A stretch of DNA of 64,000 nt from an uncultured Alphaproteobacteria bacterium. Its GTDB lineage: Bacteria; Pseudomonadota; Alphaproteobacteria; Sphingomonadales; Sphingomonadaceae. The stretch spans positions 14,296-78,295 of the forward strand of contig CAWAGD010000003.1 in assembly GCA_963781525.1 (NCBI GenBank), in the 5' to 3' direction. Positions within the stretch are counted from its first letter, which is position 1, and each line of letters opens with the position of its first letter. The notes beneath the pieces were generated by a model. It made no database searches. It was not told the origin of the DNA and saw nothing but the letters and a program-made list of their open reading frames with translations. The translations under genes were made by a program, and so were the position numbers. Positions 37,026 through 46,149 of the stretch are shown here, in pieces.

Positions 37026-37292
37026 TCAGGCGTCCCTGTCGTCCTTGGCAGACTGCGCACCCTTTGCCGCAGCGCCGGCGTTTTCCATGAAACTCTGGAA
37101 GAATTTCATCCCGACCTGGCCCATCGGCGCCATCTGACTGGCGACTTCCTGTAGCTTGTCGATGTTGCCGACGCCCTTCATGGCCTTGGCCATCAGGTCG
37201 ACGTAAACCTCGTTTGCCTTGCCGACATCGGGCAGGCCCATGAATGTCCGCGCCTCGTCCGGGGTGCAGTCGATCTCAATGTGGACCTTCAT
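37026..37292 (-). CDS. small conserved hypothetical protein
   Basis: 88 aa from MKVHIEIDCTPDEARTFMGLPDVGKANEVYVDLMAKAMKG.. It resembles a small family often found next to mnmE in sphingomonads, but I cannot name the family with certainty. The ORF track extends to 37376. Confidence 0.5.
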   Translation of the reverse strand: MKVHIEIDCTPDEARTFMGLPDVGKANEVYVDLMAKAMKGVGNIDKLQEVASQMAPMGQVGMKFFQSFMENAGAAAKGAQSAKDDRDA

Positions 37293-37381
37293 GCCGCGCT
37301 CCTGCGTTTGGGCCGAAACACCTGTCACACGGGTTTGGCAAAGTCCATCGCAGCCAGCTAGGCACGCAATAGCCAAGGGAG

Positions 37382-38089
37382 ATGATCATGGGTGAAGTCA
37401 CGCGGGTTGCGACATTGAATGGCGGCAGCGACTTCCCCGTCTACCGCGCGGCGCCGAGCAGCCAGGCAAAAGCCGCGATCATCGTCATTCCCGAAATCTT
37501 CGGCGTCAATCCCGGCATCCGGGCAAAATGCGACGGTTGGGCCGCGAAGGGCTATCTCGCGGTCGCACCGGACATCTTCTGGCGTTTTGCGGAAGGCGAG
37601 GAGTTGGATCCCGACGTGCCCCCGCAGTTCCAGAAGGCGCTGGAAAACATGGGCCAATTCAAAGCCGATGACTGTATTCGCGATATTGAAGCGTTGATTC
37701 ACCACCTCAAGCGTCAAGACGGGTGCGCCAAGGTCGGCCTGGTCGGCTTCTGCCTTGGCGGTTTCATCGCATACTCCGCCGCAGCCCGGACCGATGTCGA
37801 TGCGTCAGTCGGTTATTACGGCGTTTCGATCGACCAGCATCTCAATGAATCGCACGCCATCGCCAACCCGCTGATGCTGCATATCGCTAGCGCCGACCAT
37901 TTCGTAACGCCCGATGCGCAAGCGGCAATTCACTCTGCGCTAGACGCGCATCCGAGGGTCACGCTGCACGATTATCCCGGGCTCGATCACGGGTTTGCCG
38001 CCGAGATGGGCGATCGGCGCAATGATGAAGGCGCACGCCTGGCGGATCGACGCACCGAGGAGTTCTTCGCCGAGCATCTCGCCGTATGA
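37382..38089 (+). CDS. dienelactone hydrolase family protein
   Basis: 235 aa with IIVIPEIFGVNPGIRAKCDGWAAKGYLAVAPDIFWR, the nucleophile region GLVGFCLGG, and YPGLDHGF. Confidence 0.85.
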   Translation: MIMGEVTRVATLNGGSDFPVYRAAPSSQAKAAIIVIPEIFGVNPGIRAKCDGWAAKGYLAVAPDIFWRFAEGEELDPDVPPQFQKALENMGQFKADDCIRDIEALIHHLKRQDGCAKVGLVGFCLGGFIAYSAAARTDVDASVGYYGVSIDQHLNESHAIANPLMLHIASADHFVTPDAQAAIHSALDAHPRVTLHDYPGLDHGFAAEMGDRRNDEGARLADRRTEEFFAEHLAV

Positions 38090-39696
38090 TCAACCGCGCG
38101 CGCTGGCGCCGGTCGGCCAACACCGCGACCCGGTTCGCGCTGCCAGCCGTGCTGCTCGGTTCGAGCGTCGCGTTCGCGCTTTGGTGGCCCTGGGGGCTGA
38201 TCGTGACGCTGCCCTTGCTGGCAATCGCGGTGCTGGATTTCTTCCAGGACGAACACACGTTGCGGCGCAACTATCCGCTGCTCGCCCGCGTGCGCTGGAT
38301 CATGGAAGACTTGCGGCCTTACGCCCGCGCTTACGTGGTCGAGGGCGACCTCGACGGGCGACCGTTCAACCACGATGAGCGCGCGCTGGTATATGCCCGC
38401 GCGAAGGGCGAACTCAACTCGCACCCGTTCGGCACCGAACTCGACGTCTATTCCGACGAATACGAATGGCTTGCGCATTCGATCGTGCCGAATGAGGCGG
38501 CGCCGCTCGAATGGCGGGTCGATGTCGGCGGCCCGCAGAGCACCCAGCACTATTCCGCTGCCTTGCTCAACATCTCGGCGATGAGCTTCGGCTCGCTCTC
38601 CGCGAACGCGATTATGGCGCTCAACAAGGGCGCGGCGGCAGGCGGCTTCTACCACGACACCGGCGAAGGCGGGTTGTCACGCTATCACCGGGAGCACGGC
38701 GGTGACCTGGTGTGGGAGATCGGCAGCGGATATTTCGGTTGCCGCGACGGATGGGGCAAGTTCGACCCTCCGAAGTTCGCCGATACGGCGCAGCTGGATC
38801 AGGTAAAGATGGTCGAGATCAAGCTCAGCCAGGGCGCCAAGCCGGGTCATGGCGGGGTCTTGCCGGCAACCAAGGTCAGCGCCGAAATCGCCGCCGCGCG
38901 AGGCGTGACGCAGGGCAAGGACTGCGTTTCGCCGGCCGCGCATTCGACTTTCTCGACCCCCACAGGGTTGCTCGAATGGGCGGCGCAACTGCGCGATCTG
39001 TCGGGCGGCAAGCCGGTTGGCATCAAGCTGTGTATCGGCCAGCCGCACGAAGTGTTCGCGATCATGAAGGCGATGCGCGAGACCGGCATTCGGCTTGATT
39101 ACATTGTGGTCGACGGAGCGGAAGGGGGCACTGGAGCGGCCCCGGTCGAGCTGTCCAATCGCGTCGGTACGCCTTTACGCGAAGGGCTGATGCTTATGCG
39201 CGACGCGCTGGTCGGCTGCAGCCTGAAGGGCGACATAAAGCTCGCCGCGGCGGGCAAAGTGCATTCGGGCGCAGGAATGGCGATGAATTTCGGGCTCGGC
39301 GCCGACTGGTGCAACGCAGCGCGTGCATTCATGTTTTCATTGGGCTGCATTCAGTCGATGCGCTGCCACGACGATACCTGTCCGACTGGGATCGCCACCC
39401 AGGACATAACCCGTCAACGTGGGCTGGTGGTGCCTGACAAGGCCGAGCGTGTCGCCCGTTTCCAGCGCCAGACTCTCCACGGCTTGCGCGAAATGGTCGT
39501 CGCGATGGGCCTCGAGAATCCGTGGCAAATTACCCCGCCGCATGTTTACGAGCGGCTCGACAGCGCACGTGCAGCTTCGATCGACCAGATTCATCACTTC
39601 CTCGATGACGGCGCCTTGCTAAACGATCCCGCGGCAACGCCGTATGCCCGCCATTGGGAGGCGGCACGTGCGGACAGCTTTGCCAGAGCGGGGTGA
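38086..39696 (+). CDS. FMN-binding glutamate synthase family protein (GltB central-domain-like), membrane anchored
   Basis: 536 aa with two N-terminal TM helices. It then has ISAMSFGSLS, KLSQGAKPGHGGVLP and IVVDGAEGGTGAAP. Confidence 0.85.
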   Translation: MINRARWRRSANTATRFALPAVLLGSSVAFALWWPWGLIVTLPLLAIAVLDFFQDEHTLRRNYPLLARVRWIMEDLRPYARAYVVEGDLDGRPFNHDERALVYARAKGELNSHPFGTELDVYSDEYEWLAHSIVPNEAAPLEWRVDVGGPQSTQHYSAALLNISAMSFGSLSANAIMALNKGAAAGGFYHDTGEGGLSRYHREHGGDLVWEIGSGYFGCRDGWGKFDPPKFADTAQLDQVKMVEIKLSQGAKPGHGGVLPATKVSAEIAAARGVTQGKDCVSPAAHSTFSTPTGLLEWAAQLRDLSGGKPVGIKLCIGQPHEVFAIMKAMRETGIRLDYIVVDGAEGGTGAAPVELSNRVGTPLREGLMLMRDALVGCSLKGDIKLAAAGKVHSGAGMAMNFGLGADWCNAARAFMFSLGCIQSMRCHDDTCPTGIATQDITRQRGLVVPDKAERVARFQRQTLHGLREMVVAMGLENPWQITPPHVYERLDSARAASIDQIHHFLDDGALLNDPAATPYARHWEAARADSFARAG

Positions 39697-39711
39697 GGGG
39701 TGAGGAGTGAG

Positions 39712-40107
39712 ATGGGCGCGCAAACAGGTCTAAAGAACTGGCACCGGGTACTCGAAGCGGGCAACCAGCCAGCTGATCTGGCGGCGATCATCCGCGAGGA
39801 TGCGGTGTTCCATTCGCCGGTGGTGCACACGCCGCAGCAGGGCCGCACTAAAGTGGTAGCTTATCTGGCGGCGGCGGGTGTGGTGCTCAACACCGACAAA
39901 TTTCGATATGTGCGCGAATTCAGCAACGGCGATCACGCGCTGCTTGAATTCATCACCGAGCTGGAAGGCGTTCACATCAACGGCGTCGACATCATCACCT
40001 TCGATGCCGACGGGATGATCGCCGATTTCAAGGTCATGGTACGGCCGTTGAAGGCGATCAACAAAGTGTGGGAACTGATGGCCGCACAGCTTACTGCAGC
40101 GCGCTAA
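39712..40107 (+). CDS. nuclear transport factor 2 (SnoaL-like) family protein
   Basis: 131 aa with WHRVLEAGNQPADLAAIIREDAVFHSPVVHTPQQG. The ATG at 39712 is preceded by GAGGAG. The track starts at the GTG at 39700. Confidence 0.65.
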   Translation: MGAQTGLKNWHRVLEAGNQPADLAAIIREDAVFHSPVVHTPQQGRTKVVAYLAAAGVVLNTDKFRYVREFSNGDHALLEFITELEGVHINGVDIITFDADGMIADFKVMVRPLKAINKVWELMAAQLTAAR

Positions 40108-40643
40108 CTGCCCGTCGCCGAGCGGAGAAACGCCAGTCGATCGGCGACCGAAACCAGCGGCAGTTCGATGACATCGTATCCATAGCGCTGCCACGCCGCG
40201 GTGACGGCGGCGTCGCTCGCGAGCGCTTCCTCCCAGTTCTGAATTCGCTCGGCATCCTGCCGGTAGATATCCTGCCACGCCGGAGCGCGCAGGATCGGGC
40301 CGGTGTAACGCAACGATTGGCACAGCCGATCGATCTCGGTTGAAACCGGCAGGCCCGACACCGCGAGGAAGCCGACGACATCGGGAAGGCCCCGGTCGAA
40401 AACTGTAACCCCGGCAACCTCGCGCGCCTTTTCGAATTCGTCGACATGTGCGCGCGCCATTGCCTCGGCAAACCCGAGCGGATCGTTCGCGCGTAGCGTC
40501 ATCCCGCCGGGCTGGCGAAGGAGGTTGCGCGCGACTTCGGGCGAGGTGTGCAGCCCCGCTGCTGCTGCGGCCCCAAGCAGCGTGGTCTTGCCCGCCCCCG
40601 GCGCACCGGTGAGAACCGCGTGCCGGGGGCCGATCGAAACCAC
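40104..40643 (-). CDS. AAA family ATPase (small P-loop NTPase, NadR/AAA_28-like)
   Basis: 179 aa with Walker A LTGAPGAGKTTLL and Walker B-like VTVFDRGLPD. Confidence 0.65.
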   Translation of the reverse strand: MVSIGPRHAVLTGAPGAGKTTLLGAAAAAGLHTSPEVARNLLRQPGGMTLRANDPLGFAEAMARAHVDEFEKAREVAGVTVFDRGLPDVVGFLAVSGLPVSTEIDRLCQSLRYTGPILRAPAWQDIYRQDAERIQNWEEALASDAAVTAAWQRYGYDVIELPLVSVADRLAFLRSATGS

Positions 40644-40646
40644 CGC

Positions 40647-41912
40647 CTACTGGTTCATGTTGGCGAAGAAATCCTCGTTGGTCTTGGAATCCTTCATCTT
40701 GTCGAGCAGGAATTCCATCGCGTCGATCGTGCCCATCTGCATCAGAATACGGCGCAGGACCCACATCTTCGACAGCTTGTCCTTGTCGACCAACAGCTCT
40801 TCCTTGCGGGTGCCGGACTTGCCGACGTCGAGCGCGGGGAAGATGCGCTTGTCGGCGACCTTGCGATCGAGCACGATTTCCGAGTTGCCGGTGCCCTTGA
40901 ACTCTTCGAAAATAACCTCGTCCATGCGGCTGCCGGTGTCGATCAGGGCGGTGGCGATGATCGACAGCGAGCCGCCCTCCTCGATGTTGCGCGCGGCGCC
41001 GAAGAAGCGCTTGGGCCGCTGGAGCGCGTTGGCGTCGACGCCGCCGGTCAATACCTTGCCCGAACTGGGCACCACGGTGTTGTAGGCGCGCCCCAGGCGG
41101 GTGATCGAATCGAGCAGGATCACCACGTCTTTCTTGTGCTCGACCAGCCGCTTGGCCTTTTCGATCACCATCTCGGCGACCTGGACGTGGCGGGTAGCAG
41201 GTTCGTCGAACGTCGATGAGATGACTTCGCCCTTCACCGAACGCTGCATGTCGGTGACTTCCTCGGGCCGCTCGTCGACCAGCAGGACGATCAGGAACAC
41301 CTCGGGGTGATTGTCGGTGATCGCCTTGGCGATATTCTGCAGCAGCACCGTCTTACCGGTCCGCGGCGGAGCGACGATCAACGCACGCTGGCCTTTGCCC
41401 TGCGGCGAGATGATGTCGATCACGCGGGCCGACTTGTCCTTGACCGTCGGGTCGGCGTTATCGAGCGTAAGCTTCGATTCCGGATAGAGCGGGGTCAGAT
41501 TGTCGAAGTTGGTCCGGTGGCGAACCTGGTCGGGGTCCTCGAAATTGACGCTCTTCAGGCTGGTAATCGCGAAATAGCGCTCGCCGTCCTTGGGTGCGCG
41601 GATCTCGCCTTCGACGGTGTCGCCGGTGCGCAGACCCCAGCGACGGACCTGGTTGGGCGAGATGTAGATATCGTCCGGTCCGGCGAGGTAGTTGGCTTCT
41701 GGGCTGCGCAGGAAGCCGAAGCCGTCCTGCAGCACCTCGATCGTACCGACGCCCATGATCGGTTCTTCGTATTCCTCGTCCTCGGCCAGCTCGCGCAGGA
41801 TGCAGAACATCAGGTCCTGCCGGCGCATCGTGCTGGCGCCTTCGACGCCGAGGTCTTCGGCCATCTCGACGAGCTCGGCCGGGGCTTTTTTCTTCAGGTC
41901 TCTCAAATGCAT
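40647..41912 (-). CDS. rho: transcription termination factor Rho
   Basis: 421 aa from [22 protein letters not shown]. It has [12 protein letters not shown] (RNA-binding), Walker [16 protein letters not shown], and the C-terminus [23 protein letters not shown]. The ORF-track N-terminal extension to 42356 was rejected. Confidence 0.95.
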   Translation of the reverse strand: MHLRDLKKKAPAELVEMAEDLGVEGASTMRRQDLMFCILRELAEDEEYEEPIMGVGTIEVLQDGFGFLRSPEANYLAGPDDIYISPNQVRRWGLRTGDTVEGEIRAPKDGERYFAITSLKSVNFEDPDQVRHRTNFDNLTPLYPESKLTLDNADPTVKDKSARVIDIISPQGKGQRALIVAPPRTGKTVLLQNIAKAITDNHPEVFLIVLLVDERPEEVTDMQRSVKGEVISSTFDEPATRHVQVAEMVIEKAKRLVEHKKDVVILLDSITRLGRAYNTVVPSSGKVLTGGVDANALQRPKRFFGAARNIEEGGSLSIIATALIDTGSRMDEVIFEEFKGTGNSEIVLDRKVADKRIFPALDVGKSGTRKEELLVDKDKLSKMWVLRRILMQMGTIDAMEFLLDKMKDSKTNEDFFANMNQ

Positions 41913-42058
41913 GGCGGTATTTTTTCCGTATTCAGGTGCGGCCGGCCGGTCAAAGGGCTTGGGGAAAGCGGACCGGGCCTCTGCGAATGGTGCGAGGCCG
42001 TAAAGCGCCGAAAGGTGACGCGGGAGATAATCGCGCCGCGCGGCGCCGTCAATCGGCG

Positions 42059-42511
42059 TCAGAAGGGCCGAACGATCACCAGGATGACGATCAGCGCGGC
42101 GACGATGCCGGGCACCTCGTTTAGCAGGCGCAACTGTTTGCCGGTCAGCTTCCGTTCGCCTCGGGCCAGCCTCTTTGCATAAGCCGCCATGTACCCGTGA
42201 TAGCCCGACAGCAGCAGCACCAGCAACAGCTTGGCATGCAGCCACGCCTCGCCCCACAGATGCTGAGTCGTCGCGAGCAGGATACCGAGCACCCACACGA
42301 CGACAATCGACGGCAGCAGGATGATCTTGAGCAACTTGCGTGTCCGGTCGACCCACAGCGCTTCCTCAGGCGAGCCGGGAGCGGCTTCCTGGTGATAAAC
42401 AAGATAGCGCGGCAGCATGAACAGCCCCGCCATCCAGAAGATCACGAAGATCACATGGCCGGCCTTGAGCCACAGGTAGGTCATCGCGAGTATGCCTTGC
42501 ATGTGCCCCAT
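42059..42511 (-). CDS. hemJ: protoporphyrinogen oxidase HemJ
   Basis: [29 protein letters not shown] .. with four TM helices. The start is uncertain (ATG at 42511, 42502 or 42484). Confidence 0.85.
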   Translation of the reverse strand: MGHMQGILAMTYLWLKAGHVIFVIFWMAGLFMLPRYLVYHQEAAPGSPEEALWVDRTRKLLKIILLPSIVVVWVLGILLATTQHLWGEAWLHAKLLLVLLLSGYHGYMAAYAKRLARGERKLTGKQLRLLNEVPGIVAALIVILVIVRPF

Positions 42512-42533
42512 CTAGGATGGCGCATCTCCGCCG

Positions 42534-43559
42534 TCACCCCCGCCAGTTGCGAACTGCGGCAATAAGCTGCTCGACGTGCGCTATGGGCGTGAATTGGCCG
42601 ATTCCGTGGCCGAGATTGAACACGTGCGGCCGATCGACAAAGGCGCGCAGGATCGTCTCGGCGCGCGCGATCAGCTCGGGTCCGCCGGCGAGCAGGAGCA
42701 GCGGATCGAGGTTACCCTGAACCGGCATCCCCACCGGCAATTCGCGCGCGGCCCAAAGCGGGTCGATCGTCTCGTCTACGCCGACGGCATCGACTGCTGT
42801 CCCGCGCGCGTAGGCCGCCAGCTTCTCGCCCGCTCCTTTGGGAAAGCCGATTACCGGGACGCCCGGGCAACGCAGGTGAATCGCCGCAGTTATGGTGGCA
42901 TTGGGCGCGATCACCCAGCGCTCGAACTGGTCGGGCGCGAGCGTGCCTGACCACGAATCGAACAGTTGCACAGCTTCGGCACCGGCCTCGATCTGGCCGA
43001 TCAGATATTCGATCGTCACCGCGGTAATCGCCTCGATTATCGCAGCGAACGCGGCCGGATCGCTGTACGCCAGAGAGCGGGTTTCGTGCTGGTCGCGACT
43101 GCCTTCGCCGTGGACCATATAGGTTGCGACGGTCCACGGGCTACCCGCAAAGCCCAGCAGGGTCGTCTCAGGGCCGAGCGAGGCCTTAACCCTCTCAACC
43201 GTCCGGTAGATCGGCGCGAGGCGCTCTGGCACCGCCTGCAGGGCTGCCAGAGCGCTATTGGCAAGCCTTGGCGAGAGCCGCGGACCTTCACCAGCAGCGA
43301 AGGCCAGGTCCTGGCCCATTGCATACGGGACGATCAGGATGTCGGAAAACAGGATCGCGCCGTCGAAACCGAACCGGCGGATCGGCTGCAAGGTCACTTC
43401 GGCCGCTGCATCGGTGTCGTAGACCAACTCAAGGAACCCGCCCTTGTCGGCCCTGAGCGCACGGTACTCGGGCAGATAACGCCCGGCCTGGCGCATCAGC
43501 CACAGCGGCACACGGTCTCCCCGTTGCCCTTTCAGTGTGTCGAGAAGCGCGCCAGGCAT
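42534..43559 (-). CDS. hemE: uroporphyrinogen decarboxylase
   Basis: MPGALLDTLKGQRGDRVPLWLMRQAGRYLPEYR .. ILFSDILIVPYAMG .. FNLGHGI. The ATG at 43559 is preferred over the track start at 43580. Confidence 0.95.
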   Translation of the reverse strand: MPGALLDTLKGQRGDRVPLWLMRQAGRYLPEYRALRADKGGFLELVYDTDAAAEVTLQPIRRFGFDGAILFSDILIVPYAMGQDLAFAAGEGPRLSPRLANSALAALQAVPERLAPIYRTVERVKASLGPETTLLGFAGSPWTVATYMVHGEGSRDQHETRSLAYSDPAAFAAIIEAITAVTIEYLIGQIEAGAEAVQLFDSWSGTLAPDQFERWVIAPNATITAAIHLRCPGVPVIGFPKGAGEKLAAYARGTAVDAVGVDETIDPLWAARELPVGMPVQGNLDPLLLLAGGPELIARAETILRAFVDRPHVFNLGHGIGQFTPIAHVEQLIAAVRNWRG

Positions 43560-43752
43560 CGCTCTTTTTTCCAATTCCAATAGAGTCTTAGTATTATGAT
43601 GGAGTCTGTTGGCCCTGTGGAAAGCGGGGACAACGGCGCCGTGCCCGATTTTTCCCGCGCTGGCCAGATTTGCGAGCCCATCGAATCACGATGAATCAGC
43701 GTCAACCGATCGTTGTCCCCGTTATCCCGGCCCTGTCGACAAGCTAGCGGGC

Positions 43753-43761
43753 CTGTCCACA
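43753..43761 (+). promoter_or_regulatory. DnaA-box-like 9-mer
   Basis: CTGTCCACA has 2 mismatches to TTATCCACA. Confidence 0.4.
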
Positions 43762-43845
43762 ACGCCAGGGTCCCCGGGCCGGTAGTGGGCATGGAAACGC
43801 GACAACCGGTTGTCCGCGCTTTCCTCCCGTGATTTATGCCGCGCA

Positions 43846-43854
43846 TTGTCCACA
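43846..43854 (+). promoter_or_regulatory. DnaA-box-like 9-mer (best match)
   Basis: TTGTCCACA has 1 mismatch to TTATCCACA. It has the same orientation as the TTGTCC/TTATCC cores at 43713, 43722, 43753 and 43810. Confidence 0.5.
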
Positions 43855-43874
43855 GGCCGCTATATCAGGTGCCG

Positions 43875-44714
43875 ATGCCGCGTATTCATCTCCATCTGCT
43901 GTCGGATTCTACCGGCGAAACACTGGAGATGATCGCCAAGGCCGCGCTCGCCCAATTCGACGAGGCCGAAGTCCAGCGCCATTTCTGGCCGATGGTGCGC
44001 AGCCGCCAGCACATCGACCGGATCGTGCCCGATATCGCCGCTTCGCCAGGCCTGGTGCTGTTCACCCTGGTTAACCCCGAGACGCGCTCCCGGCTGGAGG
44101 AGCACTGCCTGACGCTCGGGCTGCCGGCGGTGCCGGTACTCGACGCGGTGACCGAGGCGCTCGAGACACATCTCGGCCAGGAAGCGCACGGGCGGCCCGG
44201 CCGCCAGCATTCGATGGACGCCGCCTATTTCGCCCGGGTCGATGCGATACAGTACACCATCGCGCACGATGACGGCATCGCGCACGAGGATTGGGAGGAG
44301 GCGGACATCGTGCTCGCGGGCGTGTCGCGCAGTTCCAAGACTCCGACCGGTATCTATCTCGCCAATCGCGGCTACAAAGTCGCCAATATGCCGCTGGTGG
44401 TGGAAAGTCCGCCGCCACCGTCGCTATTTACCTTGCGCCACCCGCTGATCGTCGGGCTGACCACCGCGCCCGATCGGCTGATCCAGATCCGCCGCAACCG
44501 GCTCCTGACAATCGCCGAAGGACGCGAGAGCGACTACGTCGACGCCGCGCGCGTCGCCGCCGAGGTGCGATTCGCGCGCCGGCTGTTCGCCGACAACGAC
44601 TGGCCGGTGATCGACGTCACCCGCCGCTCGATCGAGGAAACCGCGGCGGCGATCATCCGCCTGCTTATCGAACGCCGCGCGCGCGAGGCTACGCCGGAAC
44701 GCTTGCCGCTATGA
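43875..44714 (+). CDS. pyruvate, water/phosphate dikinase regulatory protein-like kinase/pyrophosphorylase (DUF299)
   Basis: MPRIHLHLLSDSTGETLEMI .. ADIVLAGVSRSSKTPTGIYLANRGYKVANMPLV. The ATG at 43875 was chosen; the track starts at 43836, inside the putative origin. Confidence 0.85.
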   Translation: MPRIHLHLLSDSTGETLEMIAKAALAQFDEAEVQRHFWPMVRSRQHIDRIVPDIAASPGLVLFTLVNPETRSRLEEHCLTLGLPAVPVLDAVTEALETHLGQEAHGRPGRQHSMDAAYFARVDAIQYTIAHDDGIAHEDWEEADIVLAGVSRSSKTPTGIYLANRGYKVANMPLVVESPPPPSLFTLRHPLIVGLTTAPDRLIQIRRNRLLTIAEGRESDYVDAARVAAEVRFARRLFADNDWPVIDVTRRSIEETAAAIIRLLIERRAREATPERLPL

Positions 44715-45295
44715 TCGTGCTCGCATCTGGCAGCGCATCGCGAAAGGCCATGCTCGAAGCGGCCGGGCTGCGTTTCGACGTGCTCCCCGCCGCCATCGAC
44801 GAGCGAGCGGTCGAGGCGACGCTTGGGGATGCGCAACCCGGCGCGATTGCGCTCGCGCTCGCCGAAGCAAAGGCGCTGGGAGTGTCACGCCAACGGTCGG
44901 AGCGGCTGGTGCTCGGCAGCGATTCTGTGGTCAGCTGCGGTGGCCGGCGGTTCGACAAGCCTGTCAATCGGCACGAGGCGGCCGAACACCTGTCGTGGTT
45001 CTCGCAACGTACCATCGAATTGCACAGCGCTGCCGCACTCGCTCGCGAAGGTACGGTCGTGTGGCGCGGCGGCGATGTCGCACGGCTGGCGGTACGCCGG
45101 CTGTCGCCAGACTTCATCGAAAGCTATCTCGACGAGGAATGGCCCGCGGTGAGCGAGTGCGTCGGCGTGTTCCGCGTCGAAGGCCCAGGCGTGCAGCTGT
45201 TCTCGGCGATCGACGGCGACCATTTCACGGTGCTCGGGATGCCGTTGCTGCCGGTGCTCGCGGCGCTGCGCGATCTCGGCGAGTTACCGGGATGA
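44711..45295 (+). CDS. maf: Maf family nucleotide pyrophosphatase
   Basis: MIVLASGSASRKAMLEAAGLRFDVLPAAIDE .. LGSDSVV .. GVFRVEGPG. An ATGA overlap joins it to the upstream gene. Confidence 0.9.
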   Translation: MIVLASGSASRKAMLEAAGLRFDVLPAAIDERAVEATLGDAQPGAIALALAEAKALGVSRQRSERLVLGSDSVVSCGGRRFDKPVNRHEAAEHLSWFSQRTIELHSAAALAREGTVVWRGGDVARLAVRRLSPDFIESYLDEEWPAVSECVGVFRVEGPGVQLFSAIDGDHFTVLGMPLLPVLAALRDLGELPG

Positions 45296-46149
45296 GCGCG
45301 CCTTACGCCGAAGTGATCGGAGATCCGATCGCACAGTCCAAGTCGCCGACGATTCACAACTTCTGGCTGGCGAAGCTGGCGATCGACGCCGAGTACCGCG
45401 CTACGCTCGTGGCGGCCGGCGGCATCGCCGAATACCTCGCCGTTCGGCAGGAAGATCGCGACTGGCGGGGGTGCAACGTGACGATGCCGCTCAAACAGGC
45501 TGTGATTGCGCATCTCAATTCAGTCGAAAACCCTGCCAAGACGATCGGCGCGGTCAATACCGTGTGCCCCGCCTTCGACCGGCTGCTCACGGGCACCAAC
45601 ACCGATGCGGCCGGCTTCCTCGAGCCGCTCGCTGGCGAACTCAAACGCACGCATCTGTTCCGGATGGCGCGTGTGCTGGGCACCGGGGGCGCGGCGCGCG
45701 CGATCGTCGCGGCGCTCGCGGCAGAGCGCTTCGTCATCGTGCTCGGCGGACGCGATCCGGGCAAGGCGCGCGCAATTCTCGACGAACTCGATCCCGTCGG
45801 TGAGCACCACGCGGTCGATCTGACGCACTTCGCCGATCCAACCGGGTTTGCGTTCGACGATCGTTCCGGATGCCTCGACCTGGTGGTTAACGCCAGTCCA
45901 CTCGGCATGGCCGGGTACCCGCCGCTCGCGTTTGACTGGAGCCATGCGCCGCCAGGAGCGATCGCCTACGACATTGTCACCGATCCGATCGAGACCCCAT
46001 TTCTCGTGGCCGCACGCGCCTCCGGACACCGCACCATCGACGGGCTGGCGATGCTGATCGGTCAGGCCGCGCTTGCTTTTGAGATGTTTTTCAAGATCGC
46101 CGCGCCACGCGAGCATGACGCCGAGTTGCGCGCGCTGCTGACCGCATGA
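45292..46149 (+). CDS. aroE: shikimate dehydrogenase
   Basis: MSAPYAEVIGDPIAQSKSPTIHNFW .. NVTMPLKQ .. NTDAAGF .. VLGTGGAARA. An ATGA overlap joins it to maf. Confidence 0.9.
   Translation: MSAPYAEVIGDPIAQSKSPTIHNFWLAKLAIDAEYRATLVAAGGIAEYLAVRQEDRDWRGCNVTMPLKQAVIAHLNSVENPAKTIGAVNTVCPAFDRLLTGTNTDAAGFLEPLAGELKRTHLFRMARVLGTGGAARAIVAALAAERFVIVLGGRDPGKARAILDELDPVGEHHAVDLTHFADPTGFAFDDRSGCLDLVVNASPLGMAGYPPLAFDWSHAPPGAIAYDIVTDPIETPFLVAARASGHRTIDGLAMLIGQAALAFEMFFKIAAPREHDAELRALLTA

Larger units (their letters stand above)
43560..43874. other. predicted chromosomal origin of replication (oriC, Caulobacter Cori-like context)
   Basis: This is the divergent hemE / DUF299-kinase intergenic gap. It has a 34% GC stretch at 43561-43610. 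DnaA-box-like 9-mers and four GANTC sites are present. Gene orientation switches here. Confidence 0.6.

Noticed and set aside
41913-42356. N-terminal extension of the rho ORF to 569 aa
   Set aside because: Rho begins at MHLRDLKKK (the ATG at 41912, giving 421 aa). The extension is Arg-rich nonsense and overlaps hemJ.
43560-43874. CtrA binding sites (TTAA-N7-TTAA) in the putative origin
   Set aside because: I looked for them because of the Caulobacter analogy and found none, so they are not claimed.
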